DNA from: Amycolatopsis sp.
GTDB lineage: Bacteria; Actinomycetota; Actinomycetes; Mycobacteriales; Pseudonocardiaceae
Length of the DNA stretch: 64,000 bases
NCBI RefSeq assembly: GCF_035276945.1
Contig: NZ_DATELF010000096.1
Location: 24,933-88,932 of the forward strand
Direction: 5' to 3'
Shown here: positions 1 through 8,987 of the stretch, piece after piece
Layout of the letters: every line of letters starts with the position of its first letter
Numbering within the stretch: the first letter of the stretch is position 1
Notes under the pieces: generated by a model
What the model was told of the DNA's origin: nothing
Seen by the model: the letters and a program-made list of their open reading frames with translations, nothing else
Database searches by the model: none
Program-made: the position numbers and the translations under genes

Positions 1-219
1 TTGCTCGGGCATGTCGGCGGGCTGGTCGTCGGTGCGGCGGTCACCGCCGCGATGGTCTTCGCGCCGGCCAGGGGGCGGGTCGTCTGGCAGGCAGCGGCGG
101 TCGTGGTGCTGGCGGCGGCCTGCGTTGCGCTGGTGCTCTACCGCGACAGCCAGCTCGCCAGCGTCGCCTGCGATTACCAGGGCGGGGAGCTGCTCTGCAC
201 GACCCCGTCAGGGGCGTAG
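1..219 (+). CDS. Rhomboid family intramembrane serine protease, C-terminal fragment (5' end outside window)
   Basis: The translation carries GHVGGLVVG, a rhomboid catalytic-His helix motif (GHxGGxxxG), followed by a further TM helix. This is the usual position upstream of the crgA block in actinobacteria. Confidence 0.6.
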   Translation: MLGHVGGLVVGAAVTAAMVFAPARGRVVWQAAAVVVLAAACVALVLYRDSQLASVACDYQGGELLCTTPSGA

Positions 220-624
220 CGCCGTGAGCACGTCGAGTACCTCCCGCGGATCCGTGCCCAGCTCGAGCCACCCGAACACGTACAGGTTTTCGCCTGTTTC
301 GAGTTCGAGGGTGGCGCTGTCCCGGCCCAGCCTCCGCGTGGCCCGCAGCCGGGTCCGCGTCTCGGCCCAGTCGAGCTGGACCTGGCCATGGGCCGTGCGG
401 ATCCGGATGCCCCGGCGGTCGGCGGAGAGCCGGGGCCGGACGAGCGTTCCGTACGCCGAGGCGGCGGCGAGCAGGAGCGCCGCGATGCCGAACAGCACGC
501 GACCCATCCGGTCCTCGTAGAACAGGACAGCGGCAAGGGCGAGCAGGGCACCGGCCCAGCCGAGCGCGATCAGCGCGGGCCGAGGTGCCCAACTCGCAAG
601 GTTATCCACAGGTTTTATCCACAA
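208..624 (-). CDS. PH-domain (bPH) membrane protein, Rv0010c-like
   Basis: 138-aa ORF with two N-terminal TM helices, then a ...WAPR... segment and an ELGTDPREVLDVL tail resembling Mtb Rv0010c. It sits next to crgA as in other actinobacteria. The start is uncertain: the track start is TTG at 624, with an alternative GTG at 609. Confidence 0.7.
   Translation of the reverse strand: MWIKPVDNLASWAPRPALIALGWAGALLALAAVLFYEDRMGRVLFGIAALLLAAASAYGTLVRPRLSADRRGIRIRTAHGQVQLDWAETRTRLRATRRLGRDSATLELETGENLYVFGWLELGTDPREVLDVLTALRP
602..623 (+). promoter_or_regulatory. Two tandem perfect DnaA boxes, TTATCCACA (602-610 and 615-623)
   Basis: Direct reading of gTTATCCACAggttTTATCCACAa. Both 9-mers equal the canonical DnaA R-box consensus, are in the same orientation and are spaced 13 bp start to start. 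Confidence 0.55.
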
Positions 625-676
625 TGGGGATGAGTCACACCCATGTAATTCGCTGTCAAGCGGCCGTTCGGAGTAA

Positions 677-943
677 CTACCGCCAGCGCATCGTCATCAG
701 CAGGCCCGAGATCATCAGCGCGAACCCGATGGCGAAGTTCCAGCTGCCCAGCTCGGCCATGAAACCGATCTTGTCGCCCGCGATGTAGTTCACCACGAGC
801 CACGCCAGCCCGATCAGCATAAGGCCGAACATCACGACCAGGTACACGGGGTGCGACGGCCCCGCGGCGCGCACCTTGACCGGCGTACGCCGATCGGCCG
901 GCGGCGTGTACGCCGTCTTCTTGCGAACCTTGGACTTGGGCAT
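677..943 (-). CDS. crgA: Cell division protein CrgA
   Basis: 88 aa beginning MPKSKVRKK..., with two TM helices and a C-terminal MTMRWR. This is the typical CrgA sequence and position. Confidence 0.95.
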   Translation of the reverse strand: MPKSKVRKKTAYTPPADRRTPVKVRAAGPSHPVYLVVMFGLMLIGLAWLVVNYIAGDKIGFMAELGSWNFAIGFALMISGLLMTMRWR

Positions 944-1042
944 CGGAATCCTCGGGTGCTCGGCTAACTCGCTGGGGCCGGGCGCACACAGCGCACCCGA
1001 CCTCTACCTCAACACGTTAACGTAAGCGACGATCGGAGAGGA

Positions 1043-1888
1043 GTGCGCGTGGCGATCGTCGACCAACCGCCGGCCCGTGGGCCGTCCGGCATCGGGGTCC
1101 GGGCCGTCCGCACCCTCGGAGAACTGCTCATCACGGCCGGGGTCGTGGTGTTGCTGTTCGTCGTCTACGAGCTGTACGTGACCAACCTGTCGTCGGCGGG
1201 TAAGCAGGCCGACGCGACCGCCACCCTCGACCAGGACTGGGCGGACGACGGCCGCCAGCTGCATCCGGAGCTGATCGACGGCAAGGCGTTCGCCAAGCTC
1301 CACATCCCTGCCTTCGGTGCCGACTACCACTTCACCATCCAGGAAGGCACCAGCGCGGCCGCGCTGGAGATCGGGCCGGGGCACTACCGGGGCACCGCGC
1401 TGCCGGGCGAACCGGGCAACTTCGCGGTCGCCGGGCACCGGGTCGGCAAGGGCGCGCCGTTCAACGACCTCGACCTGCTCGCTTCGTGTGACGCGATCGT
1501 GATCGAGACGCAGACCGACTTCTTCGTCTACCGGGTGCTGCCGCGGCCCGACGAGATCGGCGGCTGGGCGGCCGGGAAGGGCACGCGACCGCAGTGCGCG
1601 CACGTGAGCACGCTCCGGACGAACGCGGCGGACGGCGGGCCCTACGGCGGGACCTCCGGTCGCGAGGTCGTCGGCGCCGGTGAGGTCAGTGTGATTTCGC
1701 CGGTGCCGCACCAGCCGGCCGACCTGCTGCCCAAGGTACAGCAGGTCGCCCTGCTCACGCTGACCACCTGCCATCCGCGGTTTTCCGACCGGCAGCGGCT
1801 GATCGTGCACGCCATGCTCACCAATCAGTACGCGAAGACGCCCGGGTCGATCTATCAGCAGCTGTTGCAGTCGATCGGGGAGACATGA
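1043..1888 (+). CDS. Class E sortase
   Basis: N-terminal TM helix, a sortase fold and the TLTTCHP catalytic Cys motif. It is divergent from crgA, as is conserved in actinobacteria. Confidence 0.9.
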   Translation: MRVAIVDQPPARGPSGIGVRAVRTLGELLITAGVVVLLFVVYELYVTNLSSAGKQADATATLDQDWADDGRQLHPELIDGKAFAKLHIPAFGADYHFTIQEGTSAAALEIGPGHYRGTALPGEPGNFAVAGHRVGKGAPFNDLDLLASCDAIVIETQTDFFVYRVLPRPDEIGGWAAGKGTRPQCAHVSTLRTNAADGGPYGGTSGREVVGAGEVSVISPVPHQPADLLPKVQQVALLTLTTCHPRFSDRQRLIVHAMLTNQYAKTPGSIYQQLLQSIGET

Positions 1889-2042
1889 AACACGGAGTGA
1901 CGCGACGACAGAGCACGCGCTGGGCGGAAGGCCACGCGATGAGGGCGGCGGGGCGCGGACCGGCAAGGGCGCATCCCTGTCGCGAACTCACGCCCCGGCG
2001 ACATGATCGGGTTCGCTCGCAGATCGCCATCGGGACAGCGTG

Positions 2043-2198
2043 ATGTATGCGTGGATCTGGCGGCACCTGCCGGGGCCGTTCGCCGTGAAACTGGTGCTGG
2101 CGATCCTGCTGGTGCTGGGCGTGGTCGCGCTGCTGATGTTCGTGGTGTTTCCGTGGGCCGAGCCGCTGCTGCCGTTCAACCAGGTCTCGGTGAACTGA
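2043..2198 (+). CDS. Small conserved membrane protein (51 aa), absent from the ORF track because it is under 60 aa
   Basis: Manual translation gives MYAWIWRHLPGPFAVKLVLAILLVLGVVALLMFVVFPWAEPLLPFNQVSVN. It has one TM helix and high GC3. It fills the sortase-trpG gap, where a similar peptide is commonly found in actinomycetes. Confidence 0.55.
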   Translation: MYAWIWRHLPGPFAVKLVLAILLVLGVVALLMFVVFPWAEPLLPFNQVSVN

Positions 2199-2220
2199 TC
2201 CACGCCGGTAGGCTGTCCGC

Positions 2221-2862
2221 ATGCGTGTCCTCGTCGTCGACAACTACGACAGCTTCGTCTACAACCTCGTGCAGTACCTGGCCCAACTCGGCGCGGACTG
2301 CGCGGTGTGGCGCAACGACGTCGTGGACACCGAGCGGATCGGCGAGTTCGACGGGGTGCTGGTCTCGCCGGGACCGGGCACGCCCGAGCGTGCCGGGCAG
2401 AGCATCGAGGTGGTGCGCCGCTGCGCGGACACCGGCACCCCGATGCTCGGCGTGTGCCTCGGGCACCAGGCCATCGGTGTCGCCTGGGGGGCCACGGTCG
2501 ACCGCGCCCCCGAGTTGCTGCACGGCAAGACCAGCCAGGTGCACCACAACGGTTCCGGGGTCCTGGCCGGACTGCCCGACCCGTTCACCGCCACCCGCTA
2601 CCACTCGCTGACCGTGCTGCCCGAGACGATCCCGGCCGAGTTCGAGATCACCGCGCGCACCGAGTCGGGAGTGGTGATGGGCATGCGGCACCGCGAGCTC
2701 CCGATCGAAGGGGTGCAGTTCCATCCGGAGTCGGTGCTCACCGAGGGCGGGCACCGGATGCTGGCGAACTGGATGGCCGATGCCGGGCACCGGGTCGCCG
2801 GGTCCGTTGTGGACTCTCTGGAACGTGAGGTCGTCACGCTGCAGAAGGCCGCCGCAGTCTGA
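2221..2862 (+). CDS. trpG: Anthranilate/aminodeoxychorismate synthase component II (glutamine amidotransferase)
   Basis: Begins MRVLVVDNYDSFVYNLVQYL, has the GVCLGHQ catalytic Cys and the FHPES motif. Its position is equivalent to Mtb Rv0013. Confidence 0.9.
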   Translation: MRVLVVDNYDSFVYNLVQYLAQLGADCAVWRNDVVDTERIGEFDGVLVSPGPGTPERAGQSIEVVRRCADTGTPMLGVCLGHQAIGVAWGATVDRAPELLHGKTSQVHHNGSGVLAGLPDPFTATRYHSLTVLPETIPAEFEITARTESGVVMGMRHRELPIEGVQFHPESVLTEGGHRMLANWMADAGHRVAGSVVDSLEREVVTLQKAAAV

Positions 2863-2890
2863 GGCGTGTGCGGGAACTTGGGGTCGGCTA

Positions 2891-3643
2891 ATGCTCCTGT
2901 TGCGGGGAATCGGGAAGAGCTACGGGCGGTCGGCGCCGGTGCTCACCGACGTGAATCTGGAGATCCGGCCGGAGCAGGTGGTCGGTGTCGTCGGGCCGAA
3001 CGGGTCCGGGAAGTCGACCCTGTTGCGCATTCTCGCGGGACTGTCCAGGCCGTCCGCCGGTACGGTGACCGGCAGCCCGCTGGTCGGCTACGTCCCCGAC
3101 CGTTTTCCCGCCGGGACCAGGATGAGCGCGCTCAGCTATCTCCGCCATCTCGGCCGGATCGGCAAAGTGTCCGATGTGGACTCCAAGGCGCCGGAGCTGT
3201 TGGAGCGGCTCGCGCTGGAGGGCGGGCCGCGGGTGCCGTTGCGGGAACTTTCCAAAGGAAACGCGCAGAAGGTCGCGCTCGCGCAGGCGTTGCTCGCGGA
3301 ACCGGAACTGCTCGTGCTGGACGAACCGTGGTCCGGGCTCGATCCGGCCGCGCATGCCGTGCTCGCGCAACTCATCACCGAAACACGCGAACGCGGGGCG
3401 AGTGTGGTCTTCGCCGAACACCGGGACGATTTCGCCCGCGCTCATGCGACGGAGGTCTTCGAGCTTTCCGGTGGAACTCTGCGCGAATCGAGCGGTGAGC
3501 GATACGCCCGCATAGTGCTGCGTAATCCCGGCGGTCAGCTCGTCACTTCGACGGTTCCGCTGAGCCGCTCGGATACCGTGCTGTTGCAGGCATTGCAGCG
3601 TGGCTGGTCGGTGGTCCGCGTGCACACGCCGGGGGCGAAATGA
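2891..3643 (+). CDS. ABC transporter ATP-binding protein
   Basis: Walker A GPNGSGKST, signature LSKGNAQK, Walker B LLVLDEP. I chose the internal ATG at 2891 (MLLLRGIGKSY) rather than the track start at 2780, which overlaps trpG. Confidence 0.85.
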   Translation: MLLLRGIGKSYGRSAPVLTDVNLEIRPEQVVGVVGPNGSGKSTLLRILAGLSRPSAGTVTGSPLVGYVPDRFPAGTRMSALSYLRHLGRIGKVSDVDSKAPELLERLALEGGPRVPLRELSKGNAQKVALAQALLAEPELLVLDEPWSGLDPAAHAVLAQLITETRERGASVVFAEHRDDFARAHATEVFELSGGTLRESSGERYARIVLRNPGGQLVTSTVPLSRSDTVLLQALQRGWSVVRVHTPGAK

Positions 3644-4278
3644 TCAGATACCAACTGGCCCTGCTCGCCCATTCCCAGCGCTATCTGCTGCCCATGCTGG
3701 TCTTTCTGGTGTTCCTTGGTGTGCTTTACGGCAACGAAGCGAACACTCCCGCGCCACCGGAATACGCGGCCAGTGCCGGTGCGCTCGCCGTGATCGCGTG
3801 CTGGCTGACGATCGCGCTGGTGGACATCGAGGATCCCGTGCAGTGGCTGATCACGCTGGCGCACGCCCGACGACTGTCCACAGTGGTGGGCGGGATCGTG
3901 CTCACGGTGCTCGTGTGCTGTACCGGGCTGACGGTGCTTTCGCTGCTGTGGTCGGTGATCACGCACCACGGCGACCCGCCGGGCGAGCTGGTCATCGGAG
4001 CCCTGGCACATTTCGCGTGCGCCGGCACGGGTATCGCGATCGGACTGCCGGCTTCACGACTGCTGGTGCCGCGCGTCGGTTACACCGTGATCGCCGCGGG
4101 GGTCGGGATGGCCCTGGTGCTGTTGATCCGCTGGATTCCGCTGGTCAATCCGATACTGCGCGAGCTTTCCGCGAACGACGTCGCGGCCTTACCGGTACTG
4201 CTCGGGTTCGCCGTCTCGCTGCTCGTTCTCGCCGGCAGCTCGGCCGCTGTCGCAGAACTTCTTCGCCGCCTCACCTGA
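3640..4278 (+). CDS. Polytopic membrane protein, probable ABC-2-type permease partner
   Basis: About six predicted TM helices. The ATGA start/stop overlap with the upstream ATPase indicates translational coupling. Confidence 0.6.
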   Translation: MIRYQLALLAHSQRYLLPMLVFLVFLGVLYGNEANTPAPPEYAASAGALAVIACWLTIALVDIEDPVQWLITLAHARRLSTVVGGIVLTVLVCCTGLTVLSLLWSVITHHGDPPGELVIGALAHFACAGTGIAIGLPASRLLVPRVGYTVIAAGVGMALVLLIRWIPLVNPILRELSANDVAALPVLLGFAVSLLVLAGSSAAVAELLRRLT

Positions 4279-4319
4279 GTGCGGGAATTGTCGCACCGCA
4301 ACGCCTTCCCGCACTCAGG
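4274..4319. terminator. Bidirectional stem-loop between convergent genes (14-bp perfect stem)
   Basis: cctgagtgcgggaa (4274-4287) pairs with ttcccgcactcagg (4306-4319) around an 18-nt loop. It lies between the permease stop and the pknB stop. There is no U-tract. Confidence 0.55.
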
Positions 4320-4324
4320 ATTCA

Positions 4325-6313
4325 TCAGGGAAAGCCGGGACCGTTCCTACTGCTCGACGTGGGTGAGCTGCTGCTCGAACTGATTTGGTTGAAGCTGCCG
4401 AGGAAAAGGGTGATGTTCTGATTCTTGGTGATCTGGGTGTTCGCCGTCGGCGACGTGCTCTGCACGATGCCGACCTGCCTCGGATCGGCGACCCTGGTCG
4501 TCTGGTAGTCGACATCGCCGTCCCAGCCCGCGGCCCTCAACTGCGCGAGCGCGTCATTCTGGGTCAGGCCGACCAGGTTGGGCATGGTGATCTTCTGCTG
4601 CGTCCCGTCGGACACGATCAGCGTGACCGTGCTGCCCTCGGGCACGGCGCCACCGTTCGGCGTCTGTTTGACCACCTGGCCCTCGGGCTGGTCCGAAGCC
4701 TGGCTCGTCTTCTTCACGGTGAGCCCCTGCGCGGCGAGCGCCGCGCTGGCCGAGGCGAACTGCTCACCGGTGTGGTCGACGATCTGCACCAGGTTCTTGG
4801 TCTTGGCGATCGTGATCGTGACCTGGCCGCCTCGTTGCACCTGCGCGTTCGGAGCCGGGTTCTGCCTGAGCACCTTGCCGTAGTTGTTGGGGTTGTCGTC
4901 GTCGACCTGCTGCACCACCGGGTTGAGGTTCAGCTTGACGTCCTTGAGCCGCTGGGCCGCCTCATCCTGGCTCAAGCCGCTCAGGTCCGGTACGGCCACA
5001 TTGCCCGGCTGGACGCCGACGTAGAGGGTGACCTTCGTACCCTGGGCGGCGGTCGTCCCCTCGCCCGGGTTGGTGCGCAACGCCTTGTTGACCTGGTCCG
5101 GGTTGTTGCAGGTGGGCTGGTTGTCGAAGGACCCGATGCATTCGACCGTCTCCTTGACCGGAGTGAAACCGGCGTTCCGCAGCTGGTTCTCGGCCTCGAT
5201 GGCGGTCATGTCCTTCACTCGCGGAATCTGGGCCGTGGCCTGCTTGGTTTCGAAGGCCCCGGCCAGCCAGGCCACGAACGCCACCAGCCCGACGCCGACG
5301 ACGGAGACCAGTACCGCGGTCAGCACCTTTCGCTTGCGACTCTTCTTCGGGCTCTCTTCGTCGGCGTAGGGCCCGCCGTAGTCGTCGTAGTCCGCCGCGT
5401 GCCCCGGCGGGCCGCCGCCGTTCAGCACCTGGGTCCGCTCGTCGGCCGTCATCACCATCGGCGCCGACGGCCGCTGGCCGGACAGCACGCGCACCATGTC
5501 CGAGCGCATCTCCGCCGCCGACTGGTACCGGTTCGCCGGGCCCTTGGCCAGCGCCTTGAGCACGATCGCGTCGAGTGCGGGCGACACCGCCGGGTTCACC
5601 GTCGACGGCGCCTTCGGATCCTCCCGGACGTGCTGGTAGGCCACGGCGACCGGGGAGTCCCCGGTGAACGGGGGTTCTCCGGTCAGCAGCTCGTAGAGCA
5701 CACATCCGGCCGCGTACACGTCGCTTCGCGCGTCGACACCCTCGCCCCGCGCCTGCTCCGGCGAGAGGTACTGCGCCGTTCCGATCACCGCGGCGGTCTG
5801 GGTCATCGAGGCCTGGCCGTCGTGCATCGCACGCGCGATGCCGAAGTCCATCACCTTGACCGCGCCCTGATCGGTGATCATGATGTTGGCGGGCTTGACG
5901 TCCCGGTGCACGATGGCGTGCCGGTGCGAGAAGTCCAGCGCGGCGCACACGTCGGCCATGACCTCCATGGCCCGCTTTTCCGACAGCGGGCCCTCGGTCT
6001 TGACGATGTCGCGCAGCGTTCGGCCCTTGACGTACTCCATCACGATGTAGGGCAGCGGACCGTACTCGGTCTGTGCCTCGCCGGTGTCGTACACCGCGAC
6101 GATCGCCGGGTGGTTCAACGCGGCGGCGTTCTGCGCCTCACGGCGGAAGCGTTCCTGGAACTGCGGGTCGCGGGCCAGGTCGGCACGAAGGATCTTCACC
6201 GCGACCTCGCGGCCGAGCCGGATGTCGGTGCCGTGGTGAACCTCGGACATGCCGCCGTATCCAAGCGTTTCGCCCAGCTCGTAGCGGTTGGAGAGCAGTC
6301 TGGGTGCGCTCAT
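4325..6313 (-). CDS. pknB: Ser/Thr protein kinase PknB with C-terminal PASTA repeats
   Basis: Hanks kinase motifs (HRDVKPAN, DFG, SPEQ), one TM helix, and four PASTA-like repeats ending in a Ser-rich tail. I chose the start at MSAPRLLSNRYELGE; the track ORF extends to 6340. Confidence 0.95.
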   Translation of the reverse strand: MSAPRLLSNRYELGETLGYGGMSEVHHGTDIRLGREVAVKILRADLARDPQFQERFRREAQNAAALNHPAIVAVYDTGEAQTEYGPLPYIVMEYVKGRTLRDIVKTEGPLSEKRAMEVMADVCAALDFSHRHAIVHRDVKPANIMITDQGAVKVMDFGIARAMHDGQASMTQTAAVIGTAQYLSPEQARGEGVDARSDVYAAGCVLYELLTGEPPFTGDSPVAVAYQHVREDPKAPSTVNPAVSPALDAIVLKALAKGPANRYQSAAEMRSDMVRVLSGQRPSAPMVMTADERTQVLNGGGPPGHAADYDDYGGPYADEESPKKSRKRKVLTAVLVSVVGVGLVAFVAWLAGAFETKQATAQIPRVKDMTAIEAENQLRNAGFTPVKETVECIGSFDNQPTCNNPDQVNKALRTNPGEGTTAAQGTKVTLYVGVQPGNVAVPDLSGLSQDEAAQRLKDVKLNLNPVVQQVDDDNPNNYGKVLRQNPAPNAQVQRGGQVTITIAKTKNLVQIVDHTGEQFASASAALAAQGLTVKKTSQASDQPEGQVVKQTPNGGAVPEGSTVTLIVSDGTQQKITMPNLVGLTQNDALAQLRAAGWDGDVDYQTTRVADPRQVGIVQSTSPTANTQITKNQNITLFLGSFNQISSSSSSPTSSSRNGPGFP

Positions 6314-6344
6314 CGCAGTAAGCCGTTCCGTTCCGTCCAAGGTT

Positions 6345-7517
6345 TCATGCCTGATAAGTCGTTCGTTCGGTTGGCGGAGTCTGCCTCGTCCCGGGCACGA
6401 CGTTGCTCGTGTTGCCGCGAGGCGGCCCTACGTTATCTGGCCCCGAGAGCAATCGGGGCAGAAGCAGTACCCCGGCGACGATGAGCCCCACGACGACCAC
6501 GGCGAGTATCACCCACACCACGGCGAGGTTGCGCCTGCGGGGAGCCGGGATAGGCATCGGCATCACGCCGCTCGGATGACCCATCGGCGGCGGGCTCACC
6601 GGCTGCATGACCGGATGTGAACCCGGCCCCACCGGAGCCATCGGCGCCTGCGCGTACGTCTGCAGCATCCCGGACGGGGTGGGCAACGGCCTGCCCGCCC
6701 GCACCGCGGCGACGGCGGCCGCGAACTCACCGCCGTTGCGGTAGCGCTGCCGCGGGTCCTTGACCAGGGTCGCCTCGATCAGCGCACGGGTCCCCGGCGG
6801 GACGTCCGGGGGCAACGGTGGCGGCATGTCCCGGATGTGCATCATCGCGACGGTGACCGCGTTCTCGGACAGGAACGGCCGGTACCCGGTCAGACATTCG
6901 TACCCGCACACCGCCAGGGAGTAGACGTCGCTGGCCGGTTCCGCGTCATGTCCGAGCGCCTGTTCCGGCGCGATGTAGTGCGCCGTCCCCATGACCATTC
7001 CGGACCGGGTCACCGGCGCCGCGTCGGCGGCCTTCGCGATGCCGAAGTCGGTGATCTTCACGCGGCCGTTCCCGGTGACCAGGATGTTGCCCGGCTTGAT
7101 GTCCCGGTGCACCAGACCCCGCTCGTGCGCCGCCTGCAACGCGTTGCCCGCCTGCTCCAGGACGTCCAGGGTCTGTTCCGCGTTCAGCCGTCCCTGCCGC
7201 GCCAGGATTCCGGCGAGCGGCTCACCTTCGACGAGTTCCATCACCAGGTAGGCGATGGCGAGCTCGTCGGCCGTCGTCTCGCCGTAGTCGTGCACGGCGG
7301 CGATACCGGGATGGTTCAGCGACGCCGTGGTGCGAGCCTCGGTGCGAAAGCGATGCAGGAACTCGGCGTCGCCGGAAAGCTCGGCCTTGAGCACCTTGAC
7401 CGCCACGACGCGGTCCAACCGGGTGTCGCTGGCCTGCCAGACCTCGCCCATCCCGCCTACGGCGATCCGGTGGACGAGCCGGTAGCGCTCGGCCAGCAGC
7501 CGACCCGTGGACAGCAT
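6345..7517 (-). CDS. pknA: Ser/Thr protein kinase PknA
   Basis: Kinase domain ([11 protein letters not shown]), a Pro-rich linker and a C-terminal TM helix. It lies immediately upstream of pknB. Confidence 0.9.
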   Translation of the reverse strand: MLSTGRLLAERYRLVHRIAVGGMGEVWQASDTRLDRVVAVKVLKAELSGDAEFLHRFRTEARTTASLNHPGIAAVHDYGETTADELAIAYLVMELVEGEPLAGILARQGRLNAEQTLDVLEQAGNALQAAHERGLVHRDIKPGNILVTGNGRVKITDFGIAKAADAAPVTRSGMVMGTAHYIAPEQALGHDAEPASDVYSLAVCGYECLTGYRPFLSENAVTVAMMHIRDMPPPLPPDVPPGTRALIEATLVKDPRQRYRNGGEFAAAVAAVRAGRPLPTPSGMLQTYAQAPMAPVGPGSHPVMQPVSPPPMGHPSGVMPMPIPAPRRRNLAVVWVILAVVVVGLIVAGVLLLPRLLSGPDNVGPPRGNTSNVVPGTRQTPPTERTTYQA

Positions 7518-7520
7518 TCG

Positions 7521-8987
7521 CTACCCACCCCCGACCTGCGCGTTGATCGCGGCCCGGCCGATCTCCGCCGCGACGGTGCCACCGGTGGCCGCCAGCCCAC
7601 GGTTACCGCCCGACTCCACGACCACCGCGACCGCGATCTGCGGGTCGTCGGCCGGGGCGAACGCGGTGTACCAGGCGTGCGGCGGGGTGTTCTTCGGGTC
7701 GCTGCCGTGCTCGGCCGTGCCCGTCTTCGAAGCGATCTTGATGTTCGACTTGCCGCCGCCCTTGGTGTTGTCCTCCGACGCCTCCATCATCTGCTTGAGG
7801 ATCTCCGCGTTCGACGCGGACAGCGCCGGGGCGCCGGTGAGCTCCTGCGGGCTGAACGTCTCCAGATCGGACAGGTCCGGCGCGAGCAGCTTCTTGACCA
7901 GTTGCGGCTTCATCGCCATCCCGCCGTTGGCGACGGTCGCGGCGAGCAGGCAGTCCTGCAGCGGGGTCAGCCGGACGTCACGCTGTCCGATGCCGCTCTG
8001 GTAAAGCGCGGCCTGCGAGTCGAGGTCACCCAGACCGGAGGCCGCCACCTTCAGCGGGGTGTTCAGACCGGTCATCCCGATCCCGAAGTTCGCCGCGGTG
8101 GCACGGAGCTTGTCCGCGCCCAACTGACCGGCGAAGGTGGCGAACGGCACGTTGCAGGAGTACCTCAGCGCGTCGGCGAAGGTCGTGCCCGGGCAGTTCT
8201 CGCCGCCGTAGTTCTCCAGGTCGGTGTTCGTGCCCGGCAGGATAACGTTCGGCGCGTTGCTCACCGGCGTGGTCGGGCCGCCGCCGCTTTCCAGCTCGGC
8301 CGCGGCCACCACCAGCTTGAAGGTCGATCCGGGCGGGTACGTCTCCGAAATCGCCCGGTTCAGCATCGGCTTCCTGCTTTCGTCGGAAAACGCCGCCCAC
8401 GCGTTCCGCTGCGCCGTGCCGTCGTGCGTGGCCAGCTGGTTCGGGTCGTACGACGGGGTGGACACCATGGCGAGGATCTCGCCGGTCTTCGGGTTCATCG
8501 CGACCGCGGCACCGGTGTAGTTCCGCTGCGTCATCAGCCGGTACAGGGCGCTCTGCACGGCCGGGTTGATGGTGAGCTGGACGTTGCCGCCGCGCGGGTC
8601 CCGGCCGGTGACCATGTCCGACAGCCGGCGCACGAACAGTCGCGGGTCCGAGCCGTTGAGGATGTCGTTCTCCGCGCTTTCCAGTCCACCCGCGCCGTAC
8701 CACAGCGAGTAGTACCCGGTGACCGGTGCGTACATCGGCCCGTCGACGTAGCGCCGCTCGAACTTGTACTTGTCGGTGGTCTCCTTCACGTCGGCCAGCA
8801 CCTGCCCGTTGAACTGGGACACGATGCTGCCCCGCTGGCGGGCGTACTCGTCGAGCAGCACGCGCTGGTTCCGCGAATCGGTGCGGTAGCTGTCGGCCTC
8901 GACCACCTGGATGTAGGTGATGTTCGCCAGCAGGAGCACCACCATGACGATCATGGCGATGCCGACACGGCGCATGGGCTTGTTCAC
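7521..8987 (-). CDS. pbpA: Penicillin-binding protein A (class B D,D-transpeptidase)
   Basis: N-terminal TM helix with STFK, a SxN-type motif and KTGT transpeptidase motifs. It holds the conserved position between rodA and pknA. Confidence 0.9.
   Translation of the reverse strand: MNKPMRRVGIAMIVMVVLLLANITYIQVVEADSYRTDSRNQRVLLDEYARQRGSIVSQFNGQVLADVKETTDKYKFERRYVDGPMYAPVTGYYSLWYGAGGLESAENDILNGSDPRLFVRRLSDMVTGRDPRGGNVQLTINPAVQSALYRLMTQRNYTGAAVAMNPKTGEILAMVSTPSYDPNQLATHDGTAQRNAWAAFSDESRKPMLNRAISETYPPGSTFKLVVAAAELESGGGPTTPVSNAPNVILPGTNTDLENYGGENCPGTTFADALRYSCNVPFATFAGQLGADKLRATAANFGIGMTGLNTPLKVAASGLGDLDSQAALYQSGIGQRDVRLTPLQDCLLAATVANGGMAMKPQLVKKLLAPDLSDLETFSPQELTGAPALSASNAEILKQMMEASEDNTKGGGKSNIKIASKTGTAEHGSDPKNTPPHAWYTAFAPADDPQIAVAVVVESGGNRGLAATGGTVAAEIGRAAINAQVGGG

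Noticed and set aside
1014-1023. 10-bp palindrome ACGTTAACGT in the crgA-sortase divergent region, considered as an operator.
   Set aside because: It is short, occurs once, and I have no supporting context. It could equally be part of a -10/-35 region by chance and is not strong enough to report as a feature.
4385-6484. 699-aa ORF antisense to pknB. Similar giant antisense ORFs occur at 6837-9149 (770 aa), 25117-26379, 39442-41007, 56534-57889 and 59357-62617 (1086 aa).
   Set aside because: These are classic high-GC artefacts, because frames opposite real genes rarely contain stop codons. Their translations are Arg/Gly/Pro/His-rich low-complexity with no motifs. The opposite strand carries unmistakable kinase, PBP, GT and other motifs.
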